Positions 46,585-58,659 of a DNA stretch of 64,000 nt are shown here, piece by piece (within the stretch, counting starts at the first letter, position 1; each line of letters starts with the position of its first letter). Position numbers and translations under genes: made by a program. Location of the stretch: contig OZ374562.1 of the NCBI GenBank assembly GCA_977862235.1, positions 248,001 through 312,000 of the forward strand. Reading direction: 5' to 3'. Source of the stretch: Dudresnaya verticillata. Its lineage: Eukaryota. The notes under the pieces were generated by a model, which did not search any database, was not told the DNA's origin, and saw only the letters and a list, made by a program, of their open reading frames with translations.

Positions 46585-46837
46585 GGTGGCGGCGGCGGTG
46601 GTGGTGGTGGTACGGGGGCGCGAAGACGTGGTACGGGCGGCGGGGCGGCGGCGGCGGCGGCAGACGCGGCGGGACCGGCGGGCGCTCCAGCAGGCGCAGC
46701 AGGCCGCGGAACAGCGGCGAGTCGTGGTACACGTGCGACGCGGCGTAGCGCACCTGGGCCTGGCGGCAGGGCGCGCCCGGCGGGCAGGTGGCCGACAGGT
46801 GTGCCGGGCAGCGCGGGGCGCGGCGCAGCGGCGGCAT
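45350..46837 (-). CDS. Putative transcription regulator with Cys/His motifs and poly-His/Gln/Pro/Ala tracts (495 aa)
   Basis: ATG at 46837 after a C-rich leader. N-terminal CPAHLSATCPPGAPC...HVYH; central FCDVCHQPYPARRSRCSRC (CxxC..CxxC); NLS-like HKRRRK; acidic/hydrophobic C-terminus. The upstream part of the 1109-aa ORF looks like GC-rich read-through. Confidence 0.6.
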
Positions 46838-46849
46838 GGGCGCGGGCGG

Positions 46850-46980
46850 GCGTGGGCGGGGCGTGGGCGGGGCGTGGGCGGGCGGGGGAGGGCGTGCGGG
46901 CGGGCGGGCGGGCGGGCGGGCGGGCGGGTGCGGGTGCGGGTGCGGGTGCGGGTGCGGGTGCGGGTGCGGGTGCGGGTGCC
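46850..46980. repeat. G-rich repeats (GGGC)n and (GCGGGT)~9 in the 5' leader region
   Basis: Seen directly. Confidence 0.85.
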
Positions 46981-47224
46981 GGTGCAGAGCGGGGGAGGGA
47001 GGGAGGCGGGGGCGGTGAACTCTGCCCTCGCGGAAGGCAGGGCTCCGGCAGAGCAGGCGCGAAATGGCGCGCGACCGAAGCGGCGCGAAAAGCGGGGCGA
47101 TGTCAGCTGCCAGCGGGTGACAGGCGCGCGCGCGCGCGCGGCGGGGCATTGTGCGAAGGGGCGTGCGCGCGCGCGCGCGAGCTGCGCAGTGCCGCGTGTC
47201 GGCGGCGATGGCGCGGGAGCGCGC

Positions 47225-47247
47225 GGGGGGGGGGGGGGGGGGGGGGG
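47225..47247. repeat. Poly-G run (23 nt)
   Basis: Seen directly. Confidence 0.9.
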
Positions 47248-50200
47248 CGGCGTTGGCGCGCGGCGGCATGCGCTGCTTGGTTGGCTGTGCCATGTCACAC
47301 CGGCGCGCGCGGGGGCGGGGGGCCGGGGGGCGCGCGCGCGGCGCAGCGGCGCCGGGTGTGGAACGGCGCGACGCGCGCGGGTGCTTTCCGCGCGCGGCGG
47401 CGCGGATGGGGCGCGCGCGGCGTGTCAGCGGCGTGACGGGGCGCGGCGGCGCGCGGCGCGTGTGCGCCGCAAGCTGCGCGGCGATCCGCCGCGCGGCCAC
47501 TGAGCGCGCGGCGCGGCGCGTGACGGGGGCGGCGCCGGCCAAATGCGGAGTTGGCGTTGCCGCGCGCGTTGCATCGGTGCATGCGGTGCGCGCGTCACGG
47601 CGCGCCGGCGTCGTGTCGCTCGCGCCAAACAAACGCACGCAGCCGCGCCGGCGCCGGCACGCGGCCGCGCGCGCGCTTTGCTGGCTCTCACGTGCGCGCA
47701 CGCGCACCTGTGCGCGGCTGCCGGGCCGGCTGTGAGCGGGTGATCCCGCGCGCTGCGACGGGCGGGCGGGGGCGGGCGCGCGCGCGGGCGCGGATACGGG
47801 CGCGGCGGCGGGCGCGACGTGCGCGAGGCGCGGCTGCCGCGTATTGCGGGGGGCGCACGGCTCGCTGGCGGGCGCGTGCGCGTGCGCGTGTCTCGAAGCG
47901 GCGCGGACGCGTGCAACCGAGCGCGCGCGCGCACACACCGCGCGCAGCGACCGGCGGCGCAGGGCGGGCGGTGGTGTTGGCGCGGGCGCAGCGCGCGCTG
48001 TCGGCTGCGGCGGGCGGCGCGTCATGGGCGCATGCAGCCCGGGCCGCGCAGGGGCCGGAGCGGTCGCGCGAGTGAGGACAGGACGTCCCATGGCGAGCGG
48101 ATGCTGCCACGTGGCCGCGTGTCGCGCGCGCGAGGCGCGTCTGGGCTGGAGCGCGAGCAATGAAGATGTCGGGCGCGGCCTACGCGCTGCTGTCACATCA
48201 CGCGCGCGCGCCGTGGATCCTCTCTCTCGCCGACGTTCCACAGCTGTAATTGAGGGGTCGGGGCCTCGCGCTGTGACTGCTGACGCGCGCTGCAGCAGCA
48301 GAGGCGTCGCCGGCGCGGCTGACAGCCGGCGGCGGGTAGGGCACGCCTGTTGGGTGACCTTGGACGTGACCAGCGTGTCAACACTTGGCCTCGGCCAAAT
48401 CTTCGCGCGCTCGCTCATCCGCGCGCGTCCGCTGATCACCCCACATCGCCGCCAGCCCCCGCGCCAAGTAGCACACCTCCCGCCCTCCCGTTGCCCGACC
48501 GACCGCGACCGACTTTGTGTCGTGGTGCGTACAGTACTGCACATCGTATAAACCTTCTCTCGAAAGGCCCCAAGTTGCATCCCATTGAAAGTGTTTAAAC
48601 CTCGGCCACGGATAATAACAACCTTCCCATCTCGAAGCTTCCACCAGAAAACTCCATGCTTGTCTGCATTCTGCCTCACTCACCCTTTTTCTCCTCCTCA
48701 AACGCGCACAACCATTGTAGCTGCCCGCCACTGCACAACTACTACACTACTTACTGTGCTTGTACTGTTACCGCATCCGTTTTTCTTTTCTTTTCTTTCT
48801 TGTCCAGCTACCCCGAAGGGTACCTACCGTGTACATCGTCTCTTTTAATCTCCGCATCATCATCATCACTACTTGCACCACAACAATGAACCGCCTACCC
48901 CGTGCAACGAACCCACACTCGCACACACACACACACTTCTTGTCTCTGCCGCATCCGCCACACCCGTCCCGTGACAAACAACCATCTTCCCACTCCCTTC
49001 TCAACCCAACCAAATTCACACCATTTTCACACTTCTCCCCGTATTCCCCGCTTTTCTCTCATTGCATCGCATCCGTGCCTAATCATACAACCCTGCCCTC
49101 CCGGTCTTTTGAAACCCCCTTCCTCCCCCATCCACATCTACAACAATGCACAATCACCATCCCTTGCAACAGTCGCTTGAGCTGAGTCGCTTTTACGCTC
49201 CACCCTTTACCCACATACTATTCATCAAACGTCCCCCATTGCCCCCCGTTGTTGCTGCAATTGATACTCACCCCAAGCCCTTCATCTGGCCCCGAATCAC
49301 GCACAGCAAAGCAAATGCGTGCAATCAAAACCCCTTTTTGCCGCTGCTGCTTGATGCTGCTGCAACCATTCTGTTCGCTTCGTCTCCAATTGTCAACCCA
49401 ATCAGATTCTCATTCTGTCACAACACCTTGTCTATTTTTATACCTTCTCCAACCTCTGAAACCTCCACCCTCGCGCCGCCACTGCCATATCAAAAAGAAT
49501 AAAATAAGAATAAAAACCCAACGGAGCACTCAGCCTTGATAGACGCACGCGTTCAGTTATCACAATGTGCTGCCACTGCCACCACCACCAATTATCTCAT
49601 GCCCTTGGCCCTTGCTCACCTCTCGGCTTTGCTTTTCTATGGCATTCTGTTCCAGCTGCCAGCCTGATAATGTACCATATCATCTACCAACTGCAACATC
49701 CTCCTGCCTGTGCCCTTGCTACCGCAGCACACCTCAGCCCCAAACCATTCTTCCATTGCCACGGTACCCTTCCCTACTCAGGAGGTAGTCTCCCCTGCGT
49801 ATAACCCTTCAATACTGTAGTCAAAGATACCCCGACTCTTAACAACCTCAACTGTTCTCTTCGACATGTCTCACATCGCTGCTGCCTGCAGTCGCTCTTT
49901 AAATCATCATTAAACCGCCAGCTACCAAGTCGCACCACCCAGTTGGTCAAATACTTCCCTTCCCATAGAGGTACCCGCCAACCCGCCTGTTATTTGGACC
50001 CGCCCTTTGTCTCGTTAATTCCCTTGTTACTTACTACTACTGTAGTCCCTGCGTCTACGCTTTGCAGTGCCCCTAATTAAATATCCATTTTAAACCCCCC
50101 GTATTTGAGATACAACAACCACACTTTTCACAACTACAGTAGTACGAGACATGCGCCTGCCTTCCTTGGGGAGACCCCCCTCATTGTCACAGTGACTAGA

Positions 50201-52960
50201 GCACAATCCTGTCTCACAAAGTCGTGCGCGCGCACGCTCACTCGCGCGCTCCATCCCATAATTGAAACAACCTCTTGAAGCGTGTCCAACCATCACCAAA
50301 CTTTGTGTTGAGCCACCTGCTCTACACGTACTGCAGATCCTCGAACATTCTTAAAAAAAACATTGCCAGCGAGGCAACATCCCCACAAAAGACGTGGAGG
50401 GAGAAAAAGAACGGAGATGGTCCAGCAAAATCCCGCATACGTTCTCCGTCGCGCAATGTCTATAGTCAGATCCCACTTATTGAAGCCTTGCACTGTCACA
50501 AACCTTGCACCTCACAGTCTTAGTCTGCTTGTCTGTTTCAGTTACAATAACGTCATCCGAGATACTAAGCTCAACCTGCGATTTGCATTGCAGCTTCTGG
50601 AGAACTGCACACAACTCTTTTCGTTCCACTGTACAACAACAGTACTATCAACCACGCTTCTGTTTCGCATGTCGGCCATGCATGTGATGAGGCAGATACG
50701 TTGCCACGGTGAGTTCACGGTGAACACCTGTCTCCACGCGTTCAATGCTCTACAGTAGTTTGCAGCTTTTGCATATCCCCATCTTTATGCTCCTTCGAGG
50801 AAAACAACAGATTCCCGGGTATACTTTGCTGTAGATTTGGTCACGCATCGACTTCAAACATAGAGCAGTAATAGAGTGAAGTGACATGACCAGAGCACTT
50901 GCCTCTGCCTCCATGCACAATTTGTTAAGGTGGGTTATGTAGTCCTGTGTGTGGATGGATGGCATTCGAAACATCTGTAATGTGTAGCGAGCGTCCCCTC
51001 TTGAGACAAATTAGCCTTTGATTCACATTCTCTTCTCGTCAAAGTCATTTACAGCCATGCAGAAGACCCATACTTTGAAGGCCGAAGAGCAGCCATCGTG
51101 CGGGGAGAGACATCAAAGTTGTCGCGGTTGATGCAGCTTTGCAGGCTTACTGTTGTACGATACAAAGTTACGGCATGGCTCTATTTGATCTGTAATCATC
51201 TTTCTGGCCTTCATTTAATCCTCTTCTTATGCAACAAGTTCTTTTGTCAGGTCACAAGGTTTTCGTAACAAGAATGTCGGCAATTTATGCTCTTCATGCT
51301 TGCGGGTGAACAAGGGGATCTCCACTGTCGCCCACAGTAGTCGCAGACCAAACCAAATAGCTGCCAAGTCTGGCTGCTATCGTGTGACAGGAAGACGTTG
51401 ACATTTATAGATCGGAAGCAGATCGCCTGCATCGCCTTTCTAATCAAAAATCCAATGAAACTGTATGTACATACTGTGTGTGTGCCGCCAAAGATAGCAA
51501 TCATCCCGCGGCATCCTGGGAGACCACTCAGTGCCGCAATATTTCTGCAGGACGGCGTATTGATTATTTTATGGGGATAAACCAAGCGCTTAGTCGCATG
51601 CCCACACCCGTGGTCTTCTAGCAAGTCACTTCTGCCATGTTTTGTTTGAAGACTACTATTGATACAACCTACACATAGTTCTGTGTGTGTAATTTGCACC
51701 TTGTCTACTCTTTTGGTATGGTGATGGCGTGTCTTTAAAGGGCGATGCCACAGCAAAAGGCAGCAATGTATTTACATTTGCTTCTAGAAAAGTTGGGCTG
51801 TAAGGCAGGCTTGAGAAAAACTCGTCCACTAATGTGATCGTTTCGGTTAAACCTGAGAGTAACTTATGCAGTTCCTTGCGTGCGGCAGGCGCCTCATAGC
51901 GCCTGGGTGCCTGGGTGCTATGAACCCGCAGAATGCAGTACAGTACTACCGTACGCTAAGAAAAATATGCCTCTCAGCAAGTTCAGTTCTTTCTGTCAAG
52001 CGAACCGCAACGAACAACTCGTACCAACGCAACGTTTATCCGACTCAAGGGACCTGAGATGAGTCCCATCGCACCTGGCATGGGAGACGAATCGCATTGC
52101 TCGTACAGTGCAGTATTTTCCCGAGGCGTGACTTATTAACGAGCAACGAGGACATCACATGTCGGCAAGCTTCGAGCGCACCGCTAAATCGGAATTTCAT
52201 CGCACTGGTACGTTGACCTCAGGCTACATGCCTTGACAAAAACCTTTTTAACAGGATACGGAGCGACGGTCTTTAATATCAACGGCGCGACGTTGTACTT
52301 GCAACATACCCTTGCGGTACACGTACAGCGGGCATAGATTTTGGCGAAGCGGTTACACGAGCTAACATAAGCTGAACTACAGAACTTGACAACTTGTGTA
52401 ATAAAGATATGCGGACCGTCAGCTTCGGATAACCAGGACTGTAGCTCTGGAGAATAAACATAAGGTGGAACTGAACCGCGGAACAATAAAACTTTGCAGG
52501 AAAAGCTTTTCTGCGGTTCTTGCGAGAACCAGCGCGGGACATGGTGCTCGTCATTCGCGCATTAAACAGTGCTCGCCCGAGTTTCAGGGTAGTGTACAAC
52601 CCTTAGTTTAATCCGGTGTTAGCTGTTTAGCAGCCCCGGGACGGGATCCCTTTCTATAAACCTCTTTAGGAGGTTGCGAGTGGATCGAGATGTTGGGTGT
52701 GTAATGTTACTGTCGAACAGTCGAATGACGAGCGAAACAATATGATTTCATCGCTCACCGTACAATGAGTGAGGGACAGAGTTCTGCTGCGCACTGGTAC
52801 TGCAACTGCGGTATGGGCCTGTGCTCAAAACAGGGCGAGGTTGCAAGATACCATCTGTGCATGCGTCAAACAAGCCCGTCCTAAACACCGTCTGTTTACA
52901 GCACATGTATATTCACGAGGTGACCATTGGTCTTGTGAGGATGCGGAGTGCACAGCAGCA

Positions 52961-53827
52961 CTACCATGCTTTTCCGCGCTTCAACTTCTCATCTAGTGAC
53001 AGTGCCCCGGGACCAGACATGATGAGCATGACAAGGCCGCTCATGATGGAAATGGTCTGAAGGAATTCGAACCGCATGACGGCACGGTGGAAAGCCGCTT
53101 GCGCGTGGGCGGTATCGATAAACCAAAACTGCTTTGAAGTAAGGGTCGCGATGGTATAGAATACCATGAGAAGCAGCGCCATCAAGTCGGTCTTGTAGCC
53201 TACCAAGACAGCAAATGAAATCGGGAAAATGAGGACTGCCCAGCCCCAGCCGATAACGTCAAACATCTCCACGCACAGCAACCCGAGCAAGAACCGAGTG
53301 GCTAGCGCGATGTTATCACGCCCAGAGTCCTTTTTGTGCGAGTCTGGAATGCCCGGCAGTGCCGGCAAACCGTCCTTCACTCGGTGGTTGGTCATAAGCA
53401 GCATCAGCGTGCCAACGAGGCACATGTTGCGGATGAGGAAGCCCACATTGCCCGAAGTGATGGGGGAGTGACGACCATAGATAATCTGCTGATACACAGT
53501 TGCAAACAGTAGGAGTTGCGCACCGCGCTTCTCATGCCGTTTGAAGAAAACCAGCGCCGACCCGATGAAGGTCGCCACGGTTGACACAGCAATGAGCAGA
53601 AGCGCCAGAAAACGCGGAATGTACAGTTCCCGAGAGAAGAAGAGGAGCTGCGCGCGGTGCTCGATAATGGTGCGGAAGGCGTCCTCTACAAACGCGGACA
53701 CGAGAAGCACGCGCGTGATGAACGGGATGTACGGGCGAGCCGAGCGCTTCGCGCGGTTGAACGACAGCGTGAACTCCTTCACAAAGGGGGCGGCGTCCAG
53801 CGCTCGCAGCGTGTCCAGGGCGGCCAT
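52961..53827 (-). CDS. SURF4: SURF4/Erv29 ER cargo receptor
   Basis: PYIPFITRVLLVSAFVEDAFR, FLIRNMCLVGTL, RFEFLQTISIMSGL, GPGALSLDEK...KAW C-terminus; multiple TMs. Confidence 0.85.
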   Translation of the reverse strand: MAALDTLRALDAAPFVKEFTLSFNRAKRSARPYIPFITRVLLVSAFVEDAFRTIIEHRAQLLFFSRELYIPRFLALLLIAVSTVATFIGSALVFFKRHEKRGAQLLLFATVYQQIIYGRHSPITSGNVGFLIRNMCLVGTLMLLMTNHRVKDGLPALPGIPDSHKKDSGRDNIALATRFLLGLLCVEMFDVIGWGWAVLIFPISFAVLVGYKTDLMALLLMVFYTIATLTSKQFWFIDTAHAQAAFHRAVMRFEFLQTISIMSGLVMLIMSGPGALSLDEKLKRGKAW

Positions 53828-54259
53828 GGTGGTGTGCGGCGGGCGGAGACCGGGCTGGTCGGACGACGGGCGGGTTCAAGGTCGACCCAAATCAACTCGG
53901 CGCCGTCAGAAGGCTTCGCCCGCGGGCGCTCCCTTCACACACCGGACGCTAACGCCAGCGCTTCGACAAGCACAGCCTCCCCCTCGTCGCGCCCTCCGGG
54001 CCGTACCGCATACGGAGTTTGGGTCAGTGGTCGTGGTGGTTCGGGCCGGTCCCGTGGCGGGGGAGGGCGTGAATCGGAGCTCGAGCGATGCGGTAGCATG
54101 ACGCAAGCGAGGCGGCCCTCATAATGCATTACAGAAGGTTTCTGTCAGCAGGAGGCCTCTTGCGCAGAGCGACCAGAGACTTTCTCTACACTTTCCTTTT
54201 CGTGGTCGGTTCGAGAACTGACTGCAAGAGTTTTGCTGCTTTGGTCGAGAAGCACAGCG

Positions 54260-54517
54260 ATGGGGAACGAGCAGGCGACGCGGTTGTACCAGGCTTCGGT
54301 GGCTGTGGTGGCTGGGCTGGCTACCTACTGGGCAAGCGGAGTGCTCCCAGCAGCGCAAAAAGTCGACGGTACCGCAGGGGCGGTGCTACTAGCGCTCGTG
54401 GCGGTTGGTGGGGTCGGGCTCTTCGCCATATTCGGGTTCATTGCGCTGCAGGTATTTACGGAGCTTGACGCTGAGGAGAAGGAGAAGGAAAAGACTGCGA
54501 AGAAGAAGGAGGGATGA
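54260..54517 (+). CDS. Small two-TM membrane protein with a KKxx-like C-terminus (85 aa)
   Basis: Two hydrophobic helices followed by a charged tail ending KKKEG*; divergent from SURF4. Confidence 0.55.
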   Translation: MGNEQATRLYQASVAVVAGLATYWASGVLPAAQKVDGTAGAVLLALVAVGGVGLFAIFGFIALQVFTELDAEEKEKEKTAKKKEG

Positions 54518-55171
54518 ACTGTGGGCGCGCTGGGATGGTGTTTGGATGTCGGCACGCGGGCCGGGGTTTTCGGACTCGGATTGAGTGCTGGTGATGTCCG
54601 TGGTGATGTCCGTGGTGGCTCTGCAGTGCTAGGCTTTATCGCGTTGCGCGATGGAGATTGTTGCACTCGATATTTCAGAGCGGGGGGCACGCGTGGGAGC
54701 GTCAAAGCGACCCGGAGCGACGAGCTCCTGCGTGGCGACGTTCCCAAGCCGTGCAACGGCCGATGAGCGTTCCGTTAGCTTGACGTCAGCAACCAGTCTT
54801 TCATTGACGGAACCGCGCAACGTCGTACAAAAACCCCTTTTCGAGCTGAAATTCGTAATATTCGTGGCCACGTGCCAAACAGTCGTCGCGGATCGCCCCG
54901 TGTGGGCGACTACGAGCGCGCCCCATCCGTGGCGTGGCTTTCTTTTCACGCGTAAACCCAGGCAGGAGCCATTCCATAGCGTCGACCGCCGGTGGACCCC
55001 CATTCGCCGATCCACGCCTTTTTGCATTCCGCAGATCCGCATACGATCCCCGCCCCAATTCGCAGCGGCGACGCACAACGCTTTCCCCAAGCCTCCGTTC
55101 CCGTCACGCGAGCCGCCCGCACGCTCTCAGTGCTGCTCCTCCTCGTGCTCGTCGCCCATCTCACGTCCAAG

Positions 55172-55945
55172 ATGGCCACGGTCGCCCCGGAGACCGTGCT
55201 GGACGGCATGCTGCAGCAGCTGCCGACGTCGTTGCTCGTCGCCGAGATCGAGCGCCGCCTCGGCGCCCCCGTCCCGGCCCCCCACGAGAAGAAGCATCTC
55301 ATCCTCATCGGCCCGCCGGGCTCTGGCAAGGGCACGCAGGCCCCGCGCCTTAAGGAGAAGCACTGCCTGTGCCATCTTGCCACCGGCGACATGCTCCGCG
55401 CTGCCGTCAAGGCCGGGTCGGAGCTCGGAAAGGAGGCGAAAAAGGTCATGGATGCGGGTGGCCTTGTCTCGGATGAGATTGTGGTCGGCCTCATTCGCGA
55501 GAACCTTGGCAAGGGCGAGTGCAAGAAGGGCTTTATTTTGGACGGCTTTCCGAGAACTGTCACGCAGGCGCAGAAGCTCGACGAGATGCTCAACACTAAC
55601 GGGATGAAGGGCGTCGACTCCGTCATTAACTTTCAGATTGATGACGCGCTGCTCGTCAAGAGAATCACGGGAAGGCTCTTCCACCCTTCCAGCGGCCGTA
55701 GCTATCATACGGAGTTTAACCCGCCCAAGGTCCCAATGAAGGATGATGCCACCGGTGAGGATCTCATTCGGAGGAGTGACGATAATGAGGAAACGTTAAA
55801 GAAGAGACTGGTCTCGTTCCATGACAAGACCAAACCCGTCCTCGAGTACTACAGCAAGGCTGGCATTCTGCATGCCATCGACGCCGCCCGGCCTATTAGC
55901 GAAGTGAACAAGCTCGTCATGCAGGCTGCAGAGGCTAAGAAGTAA
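55172..55945 (+). CDS. ADK: Adenylate kinase (long LID, ADK2/plant ADK type)
   Basis: [46 protein letters not shown]. Confidence 0.95.
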   Translation: MATVAPETVLDGMLQQLPTSLLVAEIERRLGAPVPAPHEKKHLILIGPPGSGKGTQAPRLKEKHCLCHLATGDMLRAAVKAGSELGKEAKKVMDAGGLVSDEIVVGLIRENLGKGECKKGFILDGFPRTVTQAQKLDEMLNTNGMKGVDSVINFQIDDALLVKRITGRLFHPSSGRSYHTEFNPPKVPMKDDATGEDLIRRSDDNEETLKKRLVSFHDKTKPVLEYYSKAGILHAIDAARPISEVNKLVMQAAEAKK

Positions 55946-56195
55946 GCTGCATAGTAAACAACTTTCCATCGTTGCGCACCGCGTGTGGTTTCATTTCGCT
56001 CACCTGAAACGCCGTAGTGGTCCATTGCACTTCCTAAGCTTGGAGAGTGTGTACACCATGGGAAATGGCACGGTGCTCCTAACGCGTACACCCGTAATGC
56101 TTCAGTAGTTCGCCCTTAGTCTTCGCATGCACTCGACGTGCTCTCACGCCGCCTTGCAGCAGAGCATGGCGGTCAAACAAAAAAAAGAGAAACCT

Positions 56196-56726
56196 TTACG
56201 CAGCGACCTTGACCCTTGCCTTCTTCTTCGCCTGACGTGGAACGTTCTCTCCGCTCTTCCGCCTTCCCTTCTTAATCCCGCCACTCTTCCTGGCCCTCCG
56301 GGGGTAAAGGAATGGGCGTTCCTCCACCTTTTCAAAGTCCTCCGCATCCACATCCATCTTCTGCACCTTGTTGCGGACAGGTCTCCCCGCCTGCCTCCGC
56401 GCACGTGCAGCAGAGCCGAGCATCGGAAGTGAGACGACCTGCCTGGGCAGCCGCATGAGCGAGTCGTCCACGGCGTTTGGCCCGTGCACCACGTTAAGCT
56501 TGGGCCCCTTGGGCGTGGGCGTGAACGTCGTCACCAGCTCAGAGCCCCCGTGGCTGCGGCTCGGCATTTGCTCGCCCTCTGTCCGCTCTGTCGGCATCTC
56601 CAACCCGATTGCCTCATACACTTTCGCCGCCTGCTCTCGCAGCTGAGCATCGCGCTTCGGCTCTAGCACTGCTCGACGCATCGCTTTGTACGCCATCTTC
56701 ACCTTACTGCGCTTGCTTTTCGCCAT
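56196..56726 (-). CDS. Basic nucleolar protein, LLPH/DUF2423 (YBL028C)-like
   Basis: N-terminus MAKSKRSKVKMAYKAMRRAVLEPK resembles the MAKSxRSK family start; Lys/Arg-rich C-terminus. Confidence 0.55.
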   Translation of the reverse strand: MAKSKRSKVKMAYKAMRRAVLEPKRDAQLREQAAKVYEAIGLEMPTERTEGEQMPSRSHGGSELVTTFTPTPKGPKLNVVHGPNAVDDSLMRLPRQVVSLPMLGSAARARRQAGRPVRNKVQKMDVDAEDFEKVEERPFLYPRRARKSGGIKKGRRKSGENVPRQAKKKARVKVAA

Positions 56727-57480
56727 CTTGGGATGTTCTTGGAATGTTGTGGCAACGTTGACGACCGCGAGCAGAACTATCGTTCTTTGCTGATCAGGGT
56801 TCTGACGCCGTTCCCAGTTATGTCTTGCCAGCGTCGGCGGCGGCGGCGTTAGCAACGCGCGGAATATTTCTGTCCGACGATGATTGGCTGTTTCGAGTTG
56901 ACCATGTTGTGTATACAATTCCGATTATTTTTGAATACATTCTTCCTGCCATGCTTATCCTACTCGCAGCCATGAATGCCGCTGACCCAGCCGCCCCGCG
57001 GATATTCGCAACTTCACATCAACACTATACTTCTAGCACGCTGGACATATCTTGTCAGCTTCTGCACATCTGTGAGCGATGCGAAGCAGTTTCACAGTAC
57101 AGTTTACAAGAAAGCTGACGAACTTCTTGAATAAGAGGAGCTCTTTTTTTCAATTTCGCGTGTTGGTGCAAATACGCGTTGCACATGTCTCCACCAGAGG
57201 GGCGTCCACAGCGAAACATCTTCGGGGAGCTCGTTTAGATGCCTACCGGAAAGAGTCGTGCTCATAACATCAGAGCGTAAGACTACCTGCAAGCAAGTCA
57301 TTGGTTGTATGAGTCCCGCAGAATAACGTTCGCTAGGGGCGTATTCTACGCCCATCGTAGAAGTCCAGTAGCTCATTTTATAACTGTCCGAGGTACTATG
57401 AATATCTTTATGTACACATATACAGTTTAACACCACCCCGCTAGTACTCGCACTAACAAGTTTGGTTAAGAACTTCAGGC

Positions 57481-58659
57481 TTACTGGCCATCATCGCTTG
57501 TCTTCACTGCCTCCAAGGACCTGACCAAGTTTTCGAAGTCCTCTTTGTCCTGTGCTTCATCCACATGCTCCCCCTTCATCTTCTGGATCCGCACCTCATG
57601 ACCGTTTCTATCACTAGGTTCATTATTTGGTGAACTCCCCTCATCACTCGCGCTCCCAGGTTTCGGGCCCGCTTCCTCCTTCATGTGCCGTTCGAGCTTT
57701 TCCATTTGTTTTTCCCTTTCTTCTTGCTCCTCCTCTGCTCTCCGTCGCTTCCTCTCCTCAAGAGCTGGCCGATAATCACGTTCGTATTCTTTTCCTGCGT
57801 CTTTGATGGCCTCTACCAGCTCAGGCAGTCCTTCCCCTGTCTCAGCACTTACACCTACGCTGCGCATGTTCTTGTAGAACTCCTCAAGCGCCATGGCCAT
57901 GCTTCGTGCAAGGACTCCGACGAAATTGTCTTCCTTGAGCGCTGCGTCAAACGCGTCAAAATCCTCCATCCATGACTGCGCATACTTGCAGTTTTGCACG
58001 TCAATCTTATTGAAAACTATAACCATGGGCAGGCCAGTCTTATACATAACTGAGCAAGCGTATAGCATGTTGCTAACAAAGGTCATTGCACTTGCACTGC
58101 GCTGTGTGTCAACGACGAAAAGAACAACAGTAGGCAGAGACATTCCAAGCGCTTCTGTGAAAATGGTACCAGATGCAGACCAAGTGAATGTCTCAATCTG
58201 GCCCGGAGTGTCGAACAATACGGCACGCACATCCGGCGCACGGCGCTCAACTAGCTTGAGCACCTCGTCAAATCGGGTGGCGTACAGGTTAAGCGCGGTA
58301 ATAATGGCCCCATTAGGGCCGAGCTTGTAATCGCGCATGACGTCCTTGTACTTGAGCGTGTCACGGATGTCGACATTGGGCTCATACGGCAGTGTCTTCA
58401 CGGCAGGGTCCAGATTGACAACGTACGCGCCCGTGGGGCCCTTTGGCTCTGCTTCTTCGATATTATCTTCCTCCACACCCGACGGGGAGGCAGATGACGC
58501 AGCCTTGATGACATGTTCGTCTTCCAGCCAGGCGGACAGCGCATCCACGAGTGTCGTCTTACCAGAACCAGCCATGCCTAGCACAAGGCACACTGGCGTG
58601 CGCGGCATGGGCGCAGTAGAGCGAGTGGGGTCGCTTGAAGCGGGAGCTTGCGAGGACAT
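57481..58659 (-). CDS. GPN1: GPN-loop GTPase 1 (Npa3/XAB1)
   Basis: GMAGSGKTT, VNLDPAV, LGPNGAIITALNL, DTPGQIETFTWSASG, FNKID, SMAMALEEFY. Confidence 0.95.
   Translation of the reverse strand: MSSQAPASSDPTRSTAPMPRTPVCLVLGMAGSGKTTLVDALSAWLEDEHVIKAASSASPSGVEEDNIEEAEPKGPTGAYVVNLDPAVKTLPYEPNVDIRDTLKYKDVMRDYKLGPNGAIITALNLYATRFDEVLKLVERRAPDVRAVLFDTPGQIETFTWSASGTIFTEALGMSLPTVVLFVVDTQRSASAMTFVSNMLYACSVMYKTGLPMVIVFNKIDVQNCKYAQSWMEDFDAFDAALKEDNFVGVLARSMAMALEEFYKNMRSVGVSAETGEGLPELVEAIKDAGKEYERDYRPALEERKRRRAEEEQEEREKQMEKLERHMKEEAGPKPGSASDEGSSPNNEPSDRNGHEVRIQKMKGEHVDEAQDKEDFENLVRSLEAVKTSDDGQ

Noticed and set aside
46838..48679. N-terminal ~610 aa of the 1109-aa ORF 45350..48679
   Set aside because: Arg/Ala/Pro-rich translation of GC-rich non-coding DNA and microsatellites, where stops are simply rare. 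The real start is more likely ATG 46837.
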